A stretch of DNA of 63,953 nucleotides, the filler included, from Chiloscyllium plagiosum (taxonomy: Eukaryota): NCBI RefSeq assembly GCF_004010195.1. It is 3 parts of one record of this genome, joined end to end, with 100 filler letters (N's around TTAATTAATTAA, not from the genome) between each part and the next. Parts side by side here need not be neighbours in the genome. Positions count along the whole stretch, not along the records: positions 19,363 to 49,449 come from NC_057713.1; 2 more parts are not named here. The stretch is one strand, 5' to 3'. Position numbers and translations under genes: made by a program. Below the pieces are notes generated by a model that ran no database searches, had not been told where the DNA came from, and worked only from the letters and a program-made list of their open reading frames with translations. Positions 25,615 through 38,500 of this stretch are shown piece by piece. The number at the start of each line of letters is the position of its first letter. The stretch's first letter is position 1.

Positions 25615-25835
25615 ATGACGTGGTCGCTCAGTGATTAACACTGCTGCCTCAGCAGCGCCAGGGACCAGTGTTCAATTCCAGAGATGTGCAGGCTAGCTGG
25701 ACTAACCATGGGAAATGCAGGCTTATAGGGATAGGGAGGTGGGTCTTGGTGTGCTGTCTTTTTGGTTGGTGGGGGGAGACAGTGTGGACTCAATGGGCTG
25801 AATGGCCTGCTTCCACACTGTAAGGATTCTATGAT
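25615..25835 (+). mobile_element. HE1-type SINE, internally deleted
   Basis: Head and tail are present, core is missing. Confidence 0.75.
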
Positions 25836-26258
25836 TAATTGTCAGCTCATTACATCATTAACATTCATAGCTTTGCTAACAAACATTTGAAACACTATCC
25901 ATCACTGTTCACCACTAAAATATGCTGGCTATAAAACTCCGAGGTGATCTTGTATTTTGCATCCACTAGGTTGCAAAGTATGCCTGGCATTCATAGTGAT
26001 TCAGTTATAGTGATGTCTTAGTTCTATTGGGGCTTGTCTCATGAATTCTTCAAGTTGTATCTTAAATATAACATGAGGCATCACTATAGTGTTATATTAC
26101 TGGCTGGCTCCCACTAGCTTGGCATTTGCCTCTGAATGTTGAAACTTATTGTGCTGTCTAGCATTTTCCATGCTGCTCTCCAGAATATTTTGTTTGCCTT
26201 TTAACTTGGTTTATGCTGTATTTTTCTGTGTGACATGCAATGTTGTGTTGTTCCTTAG

Positions 26259-26340
26259 ACCATCGTTTTAAAAAGAAAAAGTGATTATGAAAGATTTCTG
26301 ATTCTTCCTGCTAAAGAGATCTTGCAATCTTCAGATAAAA
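26259..26340 (+). CDS. candidate upstream collagen exon (TIVLKRKSDYERFLILPAKEILQSSDK)
   Basis: Acceptor ttgttccttag and donor aa|gtatgc. 82 bp, open only in phase 0, ending in phase 1 as the next exon requires; 94-bp intron. No homology support. Confidence 0.4.
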
Positions 26341-26434
26341 GTATGCAAAATGAAGCATTATTTAGGAGCATTACTGTCTAAGTTGAATAATTATCTATAG
26401 ATTTGGTGACAGTTGCATTTTCCCTCTGTTCCAG

Positions 26435-26558
26435 TTACTGACATGTTGAAAGCATTAGGAGTGTCAAGCACAGTTGGTGTCTACGAAGTGGAAGGATCCC
26501 AAATTAATTTAAAGGCTTATCGTCTAGAGCCAAGTGTACAGATTAGGAGAGAATCAAG
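26435..26558 (+). CDS. collagen exon, TSPN N-terminal part
   Basis: ccctctgttccag|TT...TCAAG|gtatga; phase 1 to 2; TDMLKALG...AYRLEPSVQIRRES. Confidence 0.88.
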
Positions 26559-29500
26559 GTATGAAATATCAAAGAAAGTAAGCTTTACATCCATGTAGAT
26601 CCATTTATGACCATCTGACATCATAAAATGCATTACAGTCAATGAAGTTCACTGATGTATAGGGAGTCAACTATAAAGTTTAATGTGCAGATTACTTTAA
26701 TTGCTTCTTGCTAAATGTATGTACGCATCCTCAAAATAGTTAAATAAAAGGATCACTCTCTAAAGCTAATATACACCCCTCTGATAGCTTTTTTTCTTAA
26801 CACTAAGTGCAAATTACTTTACATTTATAACCAATTTACAAAGTGAATATTCCCCACTTGCTATAAAATATTTTAGAAAGATTATCTTGGATATTTCATT
26901 AACCTATGATTGTTATGAAGATGTGGGTGTACTGTACCTTTAAGAAAGTTAAAAGCTAGCAGAACTACCTGACAGCATCAAGTGTTCTGAATACGGTAAC
27001 AGTGGGGTAAACCCTCCTGCTTAATTTAAACCAGCAACACAGAAAAGATTTATCCCATGCAGTAATCTGTGAAAATTCGATAGGCCAAAAAGTAACAACC
27101 ATATTTCTTAAAGTATAACAGAGAAAAATTAACTAACAACTCTTTACAACTCCTTCCTCTAACCTATCTTTTACCTACCCCTTCTACAATACTAGTCCGA
27201 TAAAAACCCCTGATTAAGATTTACCAAAATTCAACTTTTCAAAAACCAGCCAGACATCAAATCTTTTCTTCTTCTTAGGGATTTCTGCTTCACAGGTTAC
27301 TGATTGATAAAGGTACCTTTTAAGAGAGCTATTCTCTGGGCAGTCTGCAGATGTCGCTGGCATGGCAGTTTCTCCTTCCAACTGTTCAATTTTCCCCAGT
27401 CTTATACTCCCAAAGCATCGGATTGTGTCATTGGCTATTAAGATTGTCAATATACTAAATTCAAACTGGATTGGAGTTTGGTATTTTTTAGGGTAAATTT
27501 AAACTGATTGGCCTAATTTGAATCTGCTTTGTTGTTTCCAGGCAACCCAGCTAATGTAGCTTTCGACCAAGTATTATATTGTTACCTTATTCAGAACAGT
27601 TGGTGCTGTCAGGTAGTTCTGCTAGCTTTTAAGTCTCTTAACAGTACAAGTACACCCCCATTTTCATAATAATCATATTGTTGGGATGCTTTGTGTTTCT
27701 GGACAAATTCATAAATGAATAGGATGTCAAGATATTAACTATTATAAACAGAGAACTGTTTTGTGTTAATTGCTATTGCCTTCTCTACTATGTTGTGGTA
27801 CAGTTAGAATGTGTCCGTGATTAAAAGTATAATTAAAGCATTCATTGCACACCACAAAATATTATTAGCAGTGAATGAGAGAGTATAATATTATTACTGT
27901 CAAGGTAATGCTCATTAGTGATAACATTTTAAAGCAAACTAGTTTATTTTCATACCAAAGCTGCTGACTCAGCATTAACCGAGAAAATGCCGCAGCTTTG
28001 CTGATTCAGTTCGAGAGCAGGTAGGTATTGATCCAACAGTTTATGAATACATTAAGCTTTTATTGCATATGGAATGGAAGAAAACTTGCATCAGTGTGGA
28101 TATCTGACTGAACCTACTGCTTTGAGGTTGAGGTACGTTCTGTGCTTGCATTTTTGAACACATCATATCAACATTCTTTCCTGTGAGTCTCATTAACAAT
28201 GTTTGGACTTCTATTACATGTAACAAAGAAAGTAGAACATGAGCAACATTTTTTGCTGATTTAACTGCCTCTATGGAAAGAAAGCAAAGTAAATATGTTA
28301 TGACCGTGGGCGGCACGGTGGCACAGTGGTTAGCACTGCTGCCTCACATCAATTCCCGCCTCAGGCGACTGACTGTGTGGAGTTTGCACGTCCTCCCCGT
28401 GTCTGCGTGGGTTTCCTCCGGGTGCTCCGGTTTCCTCCCACAGTCCAAAGATGTGTAGGTCAGGTGAATTGGCCATGCTAAAATTGCCCGTAGTGTTAGG
28501 TAAGGGGTACATGTAGGGGTATGGGTGGGTTGCGCTTCGGCGGGGCGATGTGGACTTGTTGGACTGAAGGGCCTGTTTCCACACTGTAAGTAATCTAATC
28601 TACAGCTTATGACCAGTGACAACATCAGAACACTGGACTTGAAACATGATCTTTGTGTTCTTCCCACAGATGCTGTCAGATTTGCTGAGTTTCACCAGCA
28701 ATTTCTGTTTTTGTTTCAGATCTCCAGCATCTGCAGTTCTTGTTTTATTTTTGCTGAGTTATTGTGTTTCAGCAAATGCCTTTTATAAATGCAATTAGAA
28801 GGAACTTTAGTTTCCTCTCTAATATTCACTTCACAATAGGATTGTGTCCTATCATTTCATTTTTGCCTCTTTCTGGGAGGGAAAGTGCTCTTTGTTTGGT
28901 TTATCCCTGACCATCCAGTCAAATTCTCAAATACATTGGCCATGATTTTTGTTTGATGTGGGGAGGGATCCAGAGGGTATAGGGCAATTTTCCAACTGGG
29001 AAACCCAGAATAATTTGTTTCCCTCAGCTTTGTCAAATTTAACTGTAGGATTCAAGCACAAAGTTTTGCTTCTGATTTCTCGGCCATAGCTACATTGATG
29101 GAAAGCTTTGGCCAGTCAGCCTTTCCACACAAGGGCACAGGTAGGGAATAGAGAGGAAAAAATTGGAAAAGCCAAAGTTTGAGGAGGGAGATCAGAAACC
29201 AGAGTGCATATACAGATTTAAGGTTAAAAGGTAGATTGTGCATCGGAGCAAGATATTAAACCACAGCAAGTGTCAAATCAGAGGCCAAGGTCAGGGAAGA
29301 TCACAGGCCAGAAGGCATATCGGAAGGAACTGCATGGGGTTGGATGAGGCAAGTAAGCTGGATATAGCAGGGCATACCCAGATATCACCACCCTTTTGAT
29401 ACCAAGTTTTTCAAGATCCTAGAAACCATAAAGAGAGCTAAAATTTAAAGTACTATTTGAGGCAGCTTCTGGGATGGTTGGTTACCTGCAACATTCTGTC

Positions 29501-32500
29501 TTCTTTTCAAAAAAACAGTGGATGCATTAAGAGAGATTTGGGATCAGAAATCAGACTACTAATGTTTTTAAATTCTAGTTGACCCAACCCCACATATTTT
29601 TGGCATTTAAAATCCCCCCCCCCATTATGTTGACAGACCTCATGACTTATCCCACTGTGGTTCAGTTCATTAGTACAGTATTGTGGGTGACACTAGTCAG
29701 CAGTGTTCCTTCGTTAGAAAGTTCTCATCACTTTGCTTTTGAAATATATTGTTCACATTTGTGTGATGAGAAATATGATTTTTGTTTTGCACATTTTTCA
29801 GGTTGGTTCATCCATACGGGTTTCCCAACGAATTATCAATTGTCGCAACTTTTAGAATGAGAGAAAATACCCCTAACATGGTGTGGAATCTGTGGGAGGT
29901 AACTGACAGATATGACAACGAGCAATTCCGACTCAGACTGTATGGTGAAACCAATGCTGTTGAACTCTACAATGTGGCAGCTGTAGGAGAGGAGGTCACC
30001 ACTTTTGAAAATGTGGGACAACTGTTCAACCAGGCCTGGCACAAGCTCTCACTTAGTGCCACAAAAACCCAGCTGACTCTGTTTGTTGATTGTCAGCAGG
30101 TTGGCACAGCTCCCATTCGACAATACGGATTCATTGGTACAGATGGAGTTACTGTTTTGGCAACAGGAGCAAGGAGGAACACTACACTTCCAGTAAGCAA
30201 CTCTTGTACTCCATTTTTCTCATCATCTCTTTAGCCACACTATACCTTCTCATGGGAACGTAGGAGATTGAGAGGTGACTTTATAGATGTTTATAAAATC
30301 TTGAAGGGCACAGATAAGGTGAAAGTAATGGTCTTTTCCCCAGGGTAGGAGAGTCCAAAACTAGAAGGCATAATTAAAAAAGACCTGAGAGGCACCTTTT
30401 TCACATAGTGGGTGATTTGTGTGTGGAATGAACTGCCACAGGAAAGGTAGGTGCAAGTACAGTTATAACATTTAAAAGACATTTGGACAGGTACATGAAT
30501 AGAAAAGGTTTAAAGGGATATGGGCCAACTACAGGCAAATGGGACTAGTTTAGTTTGAGAAACTTATTCAGCATGGACTAGTTGGACCAAAAGGTCTGTC
30601 TCTGTGAGGTATGACTTTATGACTCTATAACTTAAGTATAGTCAAAATTGGACTTTTGAGGCAATTTGAGAGGCTTTTAAAATTGAGAAATTTTAAAAGC
30701 TTTTAATATTTTCCAGTATACTAGGATTATAAATCAAGATAATTTGACAATTCTATCTATGCTCAAATATTCTATAACATTCTGTTCTAAATGATTATAA
30801 TTTTCCATATGCTTTGATGAAGGGCAATTTATAGTAAATTATATCTACCCAATTTCATAGCTCATCATTAGATAACGAGAGGTGATTTGGAAGTGGTGAA
30901 GGTATTTAACTAGATTGCTAACATCAATGCTGTTAATACATTATGAGCAATAAAGCAGAAACACGGGTAACATTAATAAAGTTCCATCCTTCAAACACCA
31001 GATCAAGTTGCAAACTATGTAGATGATCATAAGTTTAATGTCACAAATTAGCTTAATTCTTGCAAGATGAATAGTTGCCTCTTGCTTTTTGTATGTGAAG
31101 CTTCAAATTATGTTGAATCTTGGCATGGATTTTGCAGTAATACTGATTCTGAAATTCGGTTTTCCCAGTATTACAAATCTGAAGTGGACACCAATTCTTG
31201 AAATCTGCACATGTTCACAATAACATGCACATTTAGAGGTTACTGTCAGTGATACTATACTCCTCTAGAAGGTGTTGTATTGATTTGACAAGGACTTCCA
31301 CTCACACCCTATTAATCTCTCTACAAAAGGACTTGAAAAAGTCACGTCATTAAAAGGTGTACCAACTCCATGAATACTCCTAAGTGCCCTCAATCGCTTG
31401 GGATGAATAATTTTCTATTTATGAAATGTCCATGCTTTCTGTTGTGATAAAACAATGCCCCATTTTCAAAATAATATTTTAAAGTATGTTTATTTTTGAT
31501 TTACCTCCTATCTTAATCCAGTCATAATCCTTTATTTAACATACAAAAGTTTCAATTAGAAATAAAGTTGAATGATGCTTTTCACTCCCTTGTATGTTAT
31601 TTGTCAATATTTTAATGCAACTATTTACTCCTGTTGACATCATTACTGATGCATGTCAAGACATTTTCTTGACTTAGCACTAGATTTGACCATTAGGAAT
31701 AGGGAAATTCCTGCCACAGAGATTGCTTGACCTTTGTAGGCAGCATTCTACAATTTACAGATGATACATTTTACTGCACCACTGTCTGCAAAATCCAAGT
31801 CAGTATTATGCATTTGGACCAAAAAGATAAAACTGCTTATTTAACCAATGACCACACATATACTAAGTTAACCACATACTGTTAAAGTGCTGAAACTGAA
31901 CAATTCATCATTATAATTTGATACTTGTGGGCCCAGTTTCAAACTCTGCACAAGCAAAAAGGATTTTGACTGAATTAAAGTCTGGTTCAACATTATTTGT
32001 GGCACAGTGGATGAATGGTTAGCTCTGCTGCCTCACAGCACCAGGGACCCAGGTGATCGTCAGTGTAGCATTTGCACATTTCCCTGTATCTATGTGGATT
32101 TCCTCTAGTTGTTCCAGTTTTCTCCCACGACCCAAGGATGTGCAGGTTAGTTGGATTGGCCATGCTAAATTGTACCATAGTATCCAAGGATGTGCAGGAT
32201 AGGTGTAATAGCTATGGTAAATGCAGGGTTATAGGGATAGGGTAGGGGCTAGGTCTGGACAGGATGCCGACTCCCACAGCTACCTGGATTACACCTCTTC
32301 CCATCCTACCTCTTGCAAAAATGCCATCCCATATTCCCAATTCCTCCGCCTCCGCCGTATCTGCTCCCAGGAGGACCAGTTCCACCAAAGAACACACCAG
32401 ATGGCCTCCTTCTTTAGAGACCGCAATTTCCCTTCCCACGTGGTTAAAGATGCCCTCCAACGCACTTCGTCCACATCCCACACCTCCGCCCTCAGACCCT

Positions 32501-35500
32501 CCAACCTCCAACCGTAACAAGGACAGAACGCCCCTGGTGCTCACCTTCCACCCTACAAACCTCCGCATAAACCAAATCATCCACCGACATTTCCACCACC
32601 TCCAAAAAGACCCCACCACCAGGGATATAATTCCCTCCCCACCCCTTTCCGCCTTCCGCAAAGACCGTTCCCTCCGTGACTACCTGGTCAGGCCCACGCC
32701 CCCCTACGACCCACCCTCCCATCCTGGCACCTTCCCCTGCCACCGCAGGAACTGTAAAACCTGCGCCCACACCTCCTCCCTCACCTCCATACAAGGCCCC
32801 AAAGGAGCTTTCCACATCCATCAAAGTTTTACCTGCACATCCACCAATACCATCTATTGTATCCGTTGCTCCCGATGCGGTCTCCTCTACATTGGGGAGA
32901 CTGAGCGCCTCCTAGCAGAGCGCTTTAGGGAACATCGCCGAGACACCTGCACCAATCAACCAAACCGCCCCGTGGCCCAACATTTCAACTCCCCCTCCCA
33001 CTCTGCCGAGGATATGGAGGTGCTGGGCCTCCTCCACCGCCGCTCCCTCACCACCAGACGCCTGGAGGAAGAACGCCTCATCTTCCGCCTCGGAATCTAG
33101 CTTATCTCTCCATGCTTCAGGCTCTCTGCCTTTATTCCTGATGAAGGGCTTTTGCCCGAAACGTCGATTTTGCTGCTCAAGTCGGATGCTACCTGAATGC
33201 TGTGCTCTTCCAGCACCACTGATCCAGAATCTGGACAGGATGCTATTTGAAGGGTCAGTGCAGCATTGATGGGCCAAATGGCCTCTTTCTGCATTGTAGG
33301 AGTTCTATGATTCTATTCAGACTTTAATTTTTCTTGACCTAAAAAAACAAACAGATCATGTTTCAGATTGCAGTGCTGGAATTCTTATGTAATATCTCTT
33401 TGAATTCACCTACCAAACATCTTCTATATCTCAGGTGGACATACAACAATTCACAATCTATGGAAACCCAAGTAAAGCAAGTGAAGTAACCTGCTGTGAA
33501 TTGCCTGGTATTGTAAGTATGGATACTTTATTGCTTTCCTGTCAATGATGAAAAATGGCCACTTTTATTTCACTTTATCAGAATCATTTGAGTTTATATA
33601 TCATCTGTCTTACACCTATTTTGTTTCACTGAGAGTTTCATTCTTTGCATCCGCATTTCTCATTCAAGAGAGTGGGTGAGAAACTTATTTTCAAATCACT
33701 GTCAACTCAGCTGTTCTTTGGTTTTCAAGAGATGGGAAGAGAGAAGATAAGTTGAATAATACACTGCTGTCTTTATTTTACTACCTTGGTGTTTGCTTTA
33801 ACCTTTTCTTTGCAAATGAGATCAGGAGTTCAGCATGATAGACATGCTCAACTGGGTCACTCCATCAGGCACAGTGCACTGGTACTAGCAGCATAGAACT
33901 ACAATTAAAACATGAAATTTGTTGCTAATAAATTCCAACCCAAACTATTTACTAAAGTCATAATTAAAGTGCACCCTGACTCCATTCATCCACCCTGAAT
34001 AACTTTGTCTAGCAAAACTCTATCACTAAAATAAAACGTTGAAAATGCACCCTGGATTTGGATGTGGATGCTGGAGATCTGAAACAAACAAAAACAGGAG
34101 TTGCTGGAGAAACCCAGCAAGTCTGACAGCTTCTGTGGAGAGAAAGCAGGATTCATGTTTCGAGTCTAGTGACCTTTCTTCAGAAATTATAGCACCTCGG
34201 AAGAGGTGTTATTTATGCTGAGGATCCTCTTTCCCTCCCAAAACAACGATAGTGGCCCCTGGTTCCTCACCTATCACCCCACCAGCATCCATATCCAAAG
34301 GATCATAAGCTACCATCTCCACCACCTCCAGCGGATGCCACCATCAGACACACATTTCCCTCCCCTCTCTTGTCGGCTTTCCACTGGTTCCATTCCCTCC
34401 GGGACACCTGGTCTACTCCTTATCTATTCCCAACAGCTCCCCACAAAGCCCATGACACCTTTCCATGTAGTTGTAGAGGATGCAACAGTTGATAATTTAC
34501 CACCTCAATTTTCATCATCCGGAGCCCAGGCACACCTTCCAGTGAAGCAGCAATTTCCCCACACTTCATTCAATTTAGTCTACTGTATTTGATGAGACGA
34601 AAGACTGACTTGGTTTTTGCAGGATATAGCATTGGATATCCTTCATTGTCATGTGTACTCAATTACAGGAGTACAGTGAAAAGTTTACAATGTTGCCTCA
34701 CCTGGCGCTATCTTATGTACAAAGTATCAAGATACAAATCTTAGGTACAAAAAGAGGAATAAAAAAGAAAAGCAGTTGCATTAACATACGGTGATTCACA
34801 GCATAAGTTAGAAATAAGATGTAGTTAAAAGGATAAACATTATAGTTAGATAAGCAAAATACAAATAAACATTTTTATATATATATTATATATATATATA
34901 TATATGCTCAGTTGGTAAAAATAACCCAGAGCATCCAATTATCTGCCACTTCAACACACCACCGTGATCCCATGCCAATGTTTCTGTTCCAGACCTGCTG
35001 CAGTGCACCAGCGAGGCTCAACGCAGACTGGAGGAATGACACCTCATCCTCTGCTTGGGAATCTTACTCTCTTTCAGGATTCAACATCGAGTTTAACAAT
35101 TTTAGAACATGAGCACGTTTCCATATTCATTACCGACCCCTGCACCTGTCATGAAACAGGTTGCTTTCAGCACAGCCAACCCATTTTTTTTTACTACTCA
35201 GAGTCCCCATTAACACCTATCTAGCTTCCCTTTTTCTCTGGTTTATTATCACTAATCCCTTTTTTCTTTCCCTCTCTTTCTCTGATTTCTGTCGTCCCCT
35301 ATCCACTCACTCCATTTCTCCCATCCAACCATTATTATCAGCATTATTACCCCTTTTCCGTGCCATTTCTAATTATGAGAAAGGGTCACTGGACTCAAAA
35401 CGTTAATTCTGTTTTTTCTTCAGTGATGCTATCTGATCTCCAGTAATTTCTGTTTTTCTTTGTTAAAAATCTATAGTTCTTGGATTAACTTGCTAATTGG

Positions 35501-38500
35501 TCTAGTATGAACTGAATTAATAACTGATTTCATAATCATGCAGCCCCTTGGTAAAATTGATCAAAACAAAACAAAATTGAATTTCCCATTCCCTGCAGGA
35601 GAGAAGCTTGGGTCTTGCATGAGTATATTGAACTTGTTATAACAAGGATGTGCCAATAGAAATGGAAGTGAAGTTAAGGTAGGCTGGTCAAGTTGCAATG
35701 ACAGACAGTCAGGAAACATTTCATAACATTCAACTGTATTACATTCTAGTGAGAAAGAAATCCTCTCGGAGAAGAATACACCCTCAGTAGTGAATTATGA
35801 AAGTTCACGATAATATCGAATTGAAAGAAAACCAAACAATTCTGCAAAGAATATTGCAAGGTCAGAAAGTTGGATAGACGATGAATCCAGCAAAGCTGGA
35901 AGGAAGAAAGGATATTATTATATTGGAGGGGGTTCAGAAATGATTTACCAACGTGTTGCCAGTACTAGAGGCTTTGAATTATAAGGACAGGCTGCTTAGG
36001 CTTGGACTTATTTCACTGGAGTGTAGGAGGTTGAGGGGTGACCGTTTATAAGGTCATGAGGGATATGTATAAGGTGGATAGCAAAGGTCTTTTCCCTAAC
36101 GTGGGAAAATTCAAAACTGGGGGACATATTTTTAAGGTGAGAGGAGAAAGATTTAGAGGGATCTGAGGGACAACGTTTTCATACAGAGGGTTATTCTTAT
36201 GTGAAATGAATTGCCAGAGGAAGTGGTAGATGCAGGTACAGTTACATCATTTAAAAGACATTTGAATAGGTACTTGAATAAGAAAGGTTTAGAAGGATAT
36301 GGGCCAAATGCAGGCATGTAGGACTAAAACCAGTGTTTTTGTGGAAGAGATTTCCACACTTGTACCGTATTTTGCATGAAGTATTTTCTGATTTCTCTTT
36401 TGAATGATATTTTTAAAGTTGGTGTGCCATATCACTCTGCAATTAGATCTTATAGTTTTCTGTTTCAAAAAGAACTGGTCCAATTGTTTGTGAATATTTG
36501 CAAACTGAAAGTGACTACATTGTATTTGTTTTAATATTTTGATTAATTCTAGTGTGAAAAGCAAAGCAGTGATGGCACCTCAATTGGATGTCCCTGCAGA
36601 CCTACAAAACCTGGATTCCTTGGATTCTCTGGTCCAAATGTAAGATTCTTCCACCTACTCTGGAAAATTTCCACAGAATAACTTCTTTATACTTCCTTTT
36701 ATGAGAGGTTTGCATGTATTTAAAAGTAATGATGTAAACATCACTGTTACAGGGTTATCCAGGTGACAAAGGCAGGTCTGGATTTCCTGGATCTCAGGGT
36801 AGAAAGGTATGTAAGGGCATTTTGGAAAGGCCTACACTTGTTTTCGTACTTGGACTACACATCCACTTAGAACAGTTTTGTTTTTAAGAGAAATACCTAT
36901 CTAAATGAATCATCTATGTGCATTTGCTTGAAAAGCTTGGTGACCTATTAACTGGGGTAATAAATTGTTTCACTTACCAAGGGTTGAATTAAATCTGTAT
37001 TGTTTTGTGGTGTCAAATATATGCCTTATGCTGTTAGATTCCTAGATTAGCATAGACATCATCAAAGCTAGAGGTTCAGATGTGGAACAATGTGATAGTA
37101 CTATCACACTGTTCTATCATTTCCCACATAACGTGGAGATGATGATGTTGGAGTGGAGTGGACTAAGTTAAAAATCACCCAAAATCAGGTTATAGTCCAA
37201 CAGGTTTATTTGAAAATACAAGTTTTCAGAGCACTGCTCCTTCGTCAGGTACGCAGAGACATTCTATTTTGTTCAAAAAGCTAACCAGTCCACCTTGTCG
37301 AAAGCCTTATTAAAGTCTCTTTAGATCATGTGCACCGCTCTGCCTTCATCAGTCCTCTTCATTACTACTTCAAAAGTTCGATCAAGTTAGTGAGACATGA
37401 TTTCCCATGCGCAAAGCTATGTTGACTCACCCTAATCAGCCCTTGCCTTTCCAAATACGTGTTAATCCTGTCTTTCAGAATCCCCTCCAACAACTTGCCC
37501 ACAATTGATGTCAGGCTCACTGGTCCATAGTTCCCTGGCTTTTTCTTACCATCTTTCTTAAATAGTGACACCATGTTACCCAACCTCCAGTCTTCCAGCA
37601 CCTCACCTGTGGCTTTCGATGACACAAATATCTCAGCAAGGGGCCCAGCAATCACTTCTCTTGCTTCTCACAAAGTTCTCGGGTACACCTGATCAGGTCA
37701 TGGGAATTTATCCACCTTTTAAGACATCTAGCACCACCTCCTCTGTATTATGGACATTTCTCAAGATAATCAGGAATAATCCTTCCAAGTTTTGTTTCTA
37801 CTGCTTACAAAAATTTGTGGCTGTACATGTTTCCAATAAATGTAAAAATTCAATGATTTGTATGTGTTGTAGGGTTATCAAGGTTTTAAAGGGGTGCAGG
37901 GAAGACGAGGTGATCCAGGACCAAGGGTAAGTATTAAGTGTAATATGTGATAAGTACATTTCATGTCCTGATGAACTTACATTTTCTATCTGGAGATTGA
38001 TTTTTTTAATTTTAAAAACAGCTTGTTTGCTTTGTTTTTGATGGGTAACCTGAATGAATTTGTACTTTTAATGAGTGTTGAGTACTTGTCCTTTTAACAT
38101 CCATAGTTCGTTTTTTGAAGAAGGTATGCTTGTAGCCCAGTGAATAAGTGATCTATTGTACTATTGAAGCCATAAAGCAGGAGTAACCCAGACTTGACTA
38201 CTGTTTGTAAGTTGATCTCGCAAGTCTGTGACGTGGTGGTTCAGAGACCTTTGACCTCAGAGGAAATGGGTTTTTCACTGTTATTGAAAGACCAACCTTG
38301 TCCCACTGTCTGTTGCTGTAAAGATATTCATGTGTGGGTACCAAACTGTGACTGGATTTGACTTTATTGGAATAATCTCTCAGATTCAACAAATAAAATC
38401 TGAAAGTAATAATGGATATGATGGATACATAATGTACAATATCAATACTCAGACAAATGTTAGACATCAATTGTTCAATACTGAATTTATGCTGCAGACA

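Larger units (their letters stand above)
31998..33315 (+). mobile_element. HE1-type SINE split by a PLE insertion
   Basis: SINE 5' part 31998-32267, 3' part 33230-33315. Confidence 0.85.

Noticed and set aside
28308..28345. tRNA-like heads here and in other SINE copies
   Set aside because: SINE promoter regions, not complete tRNA cloverleafs.
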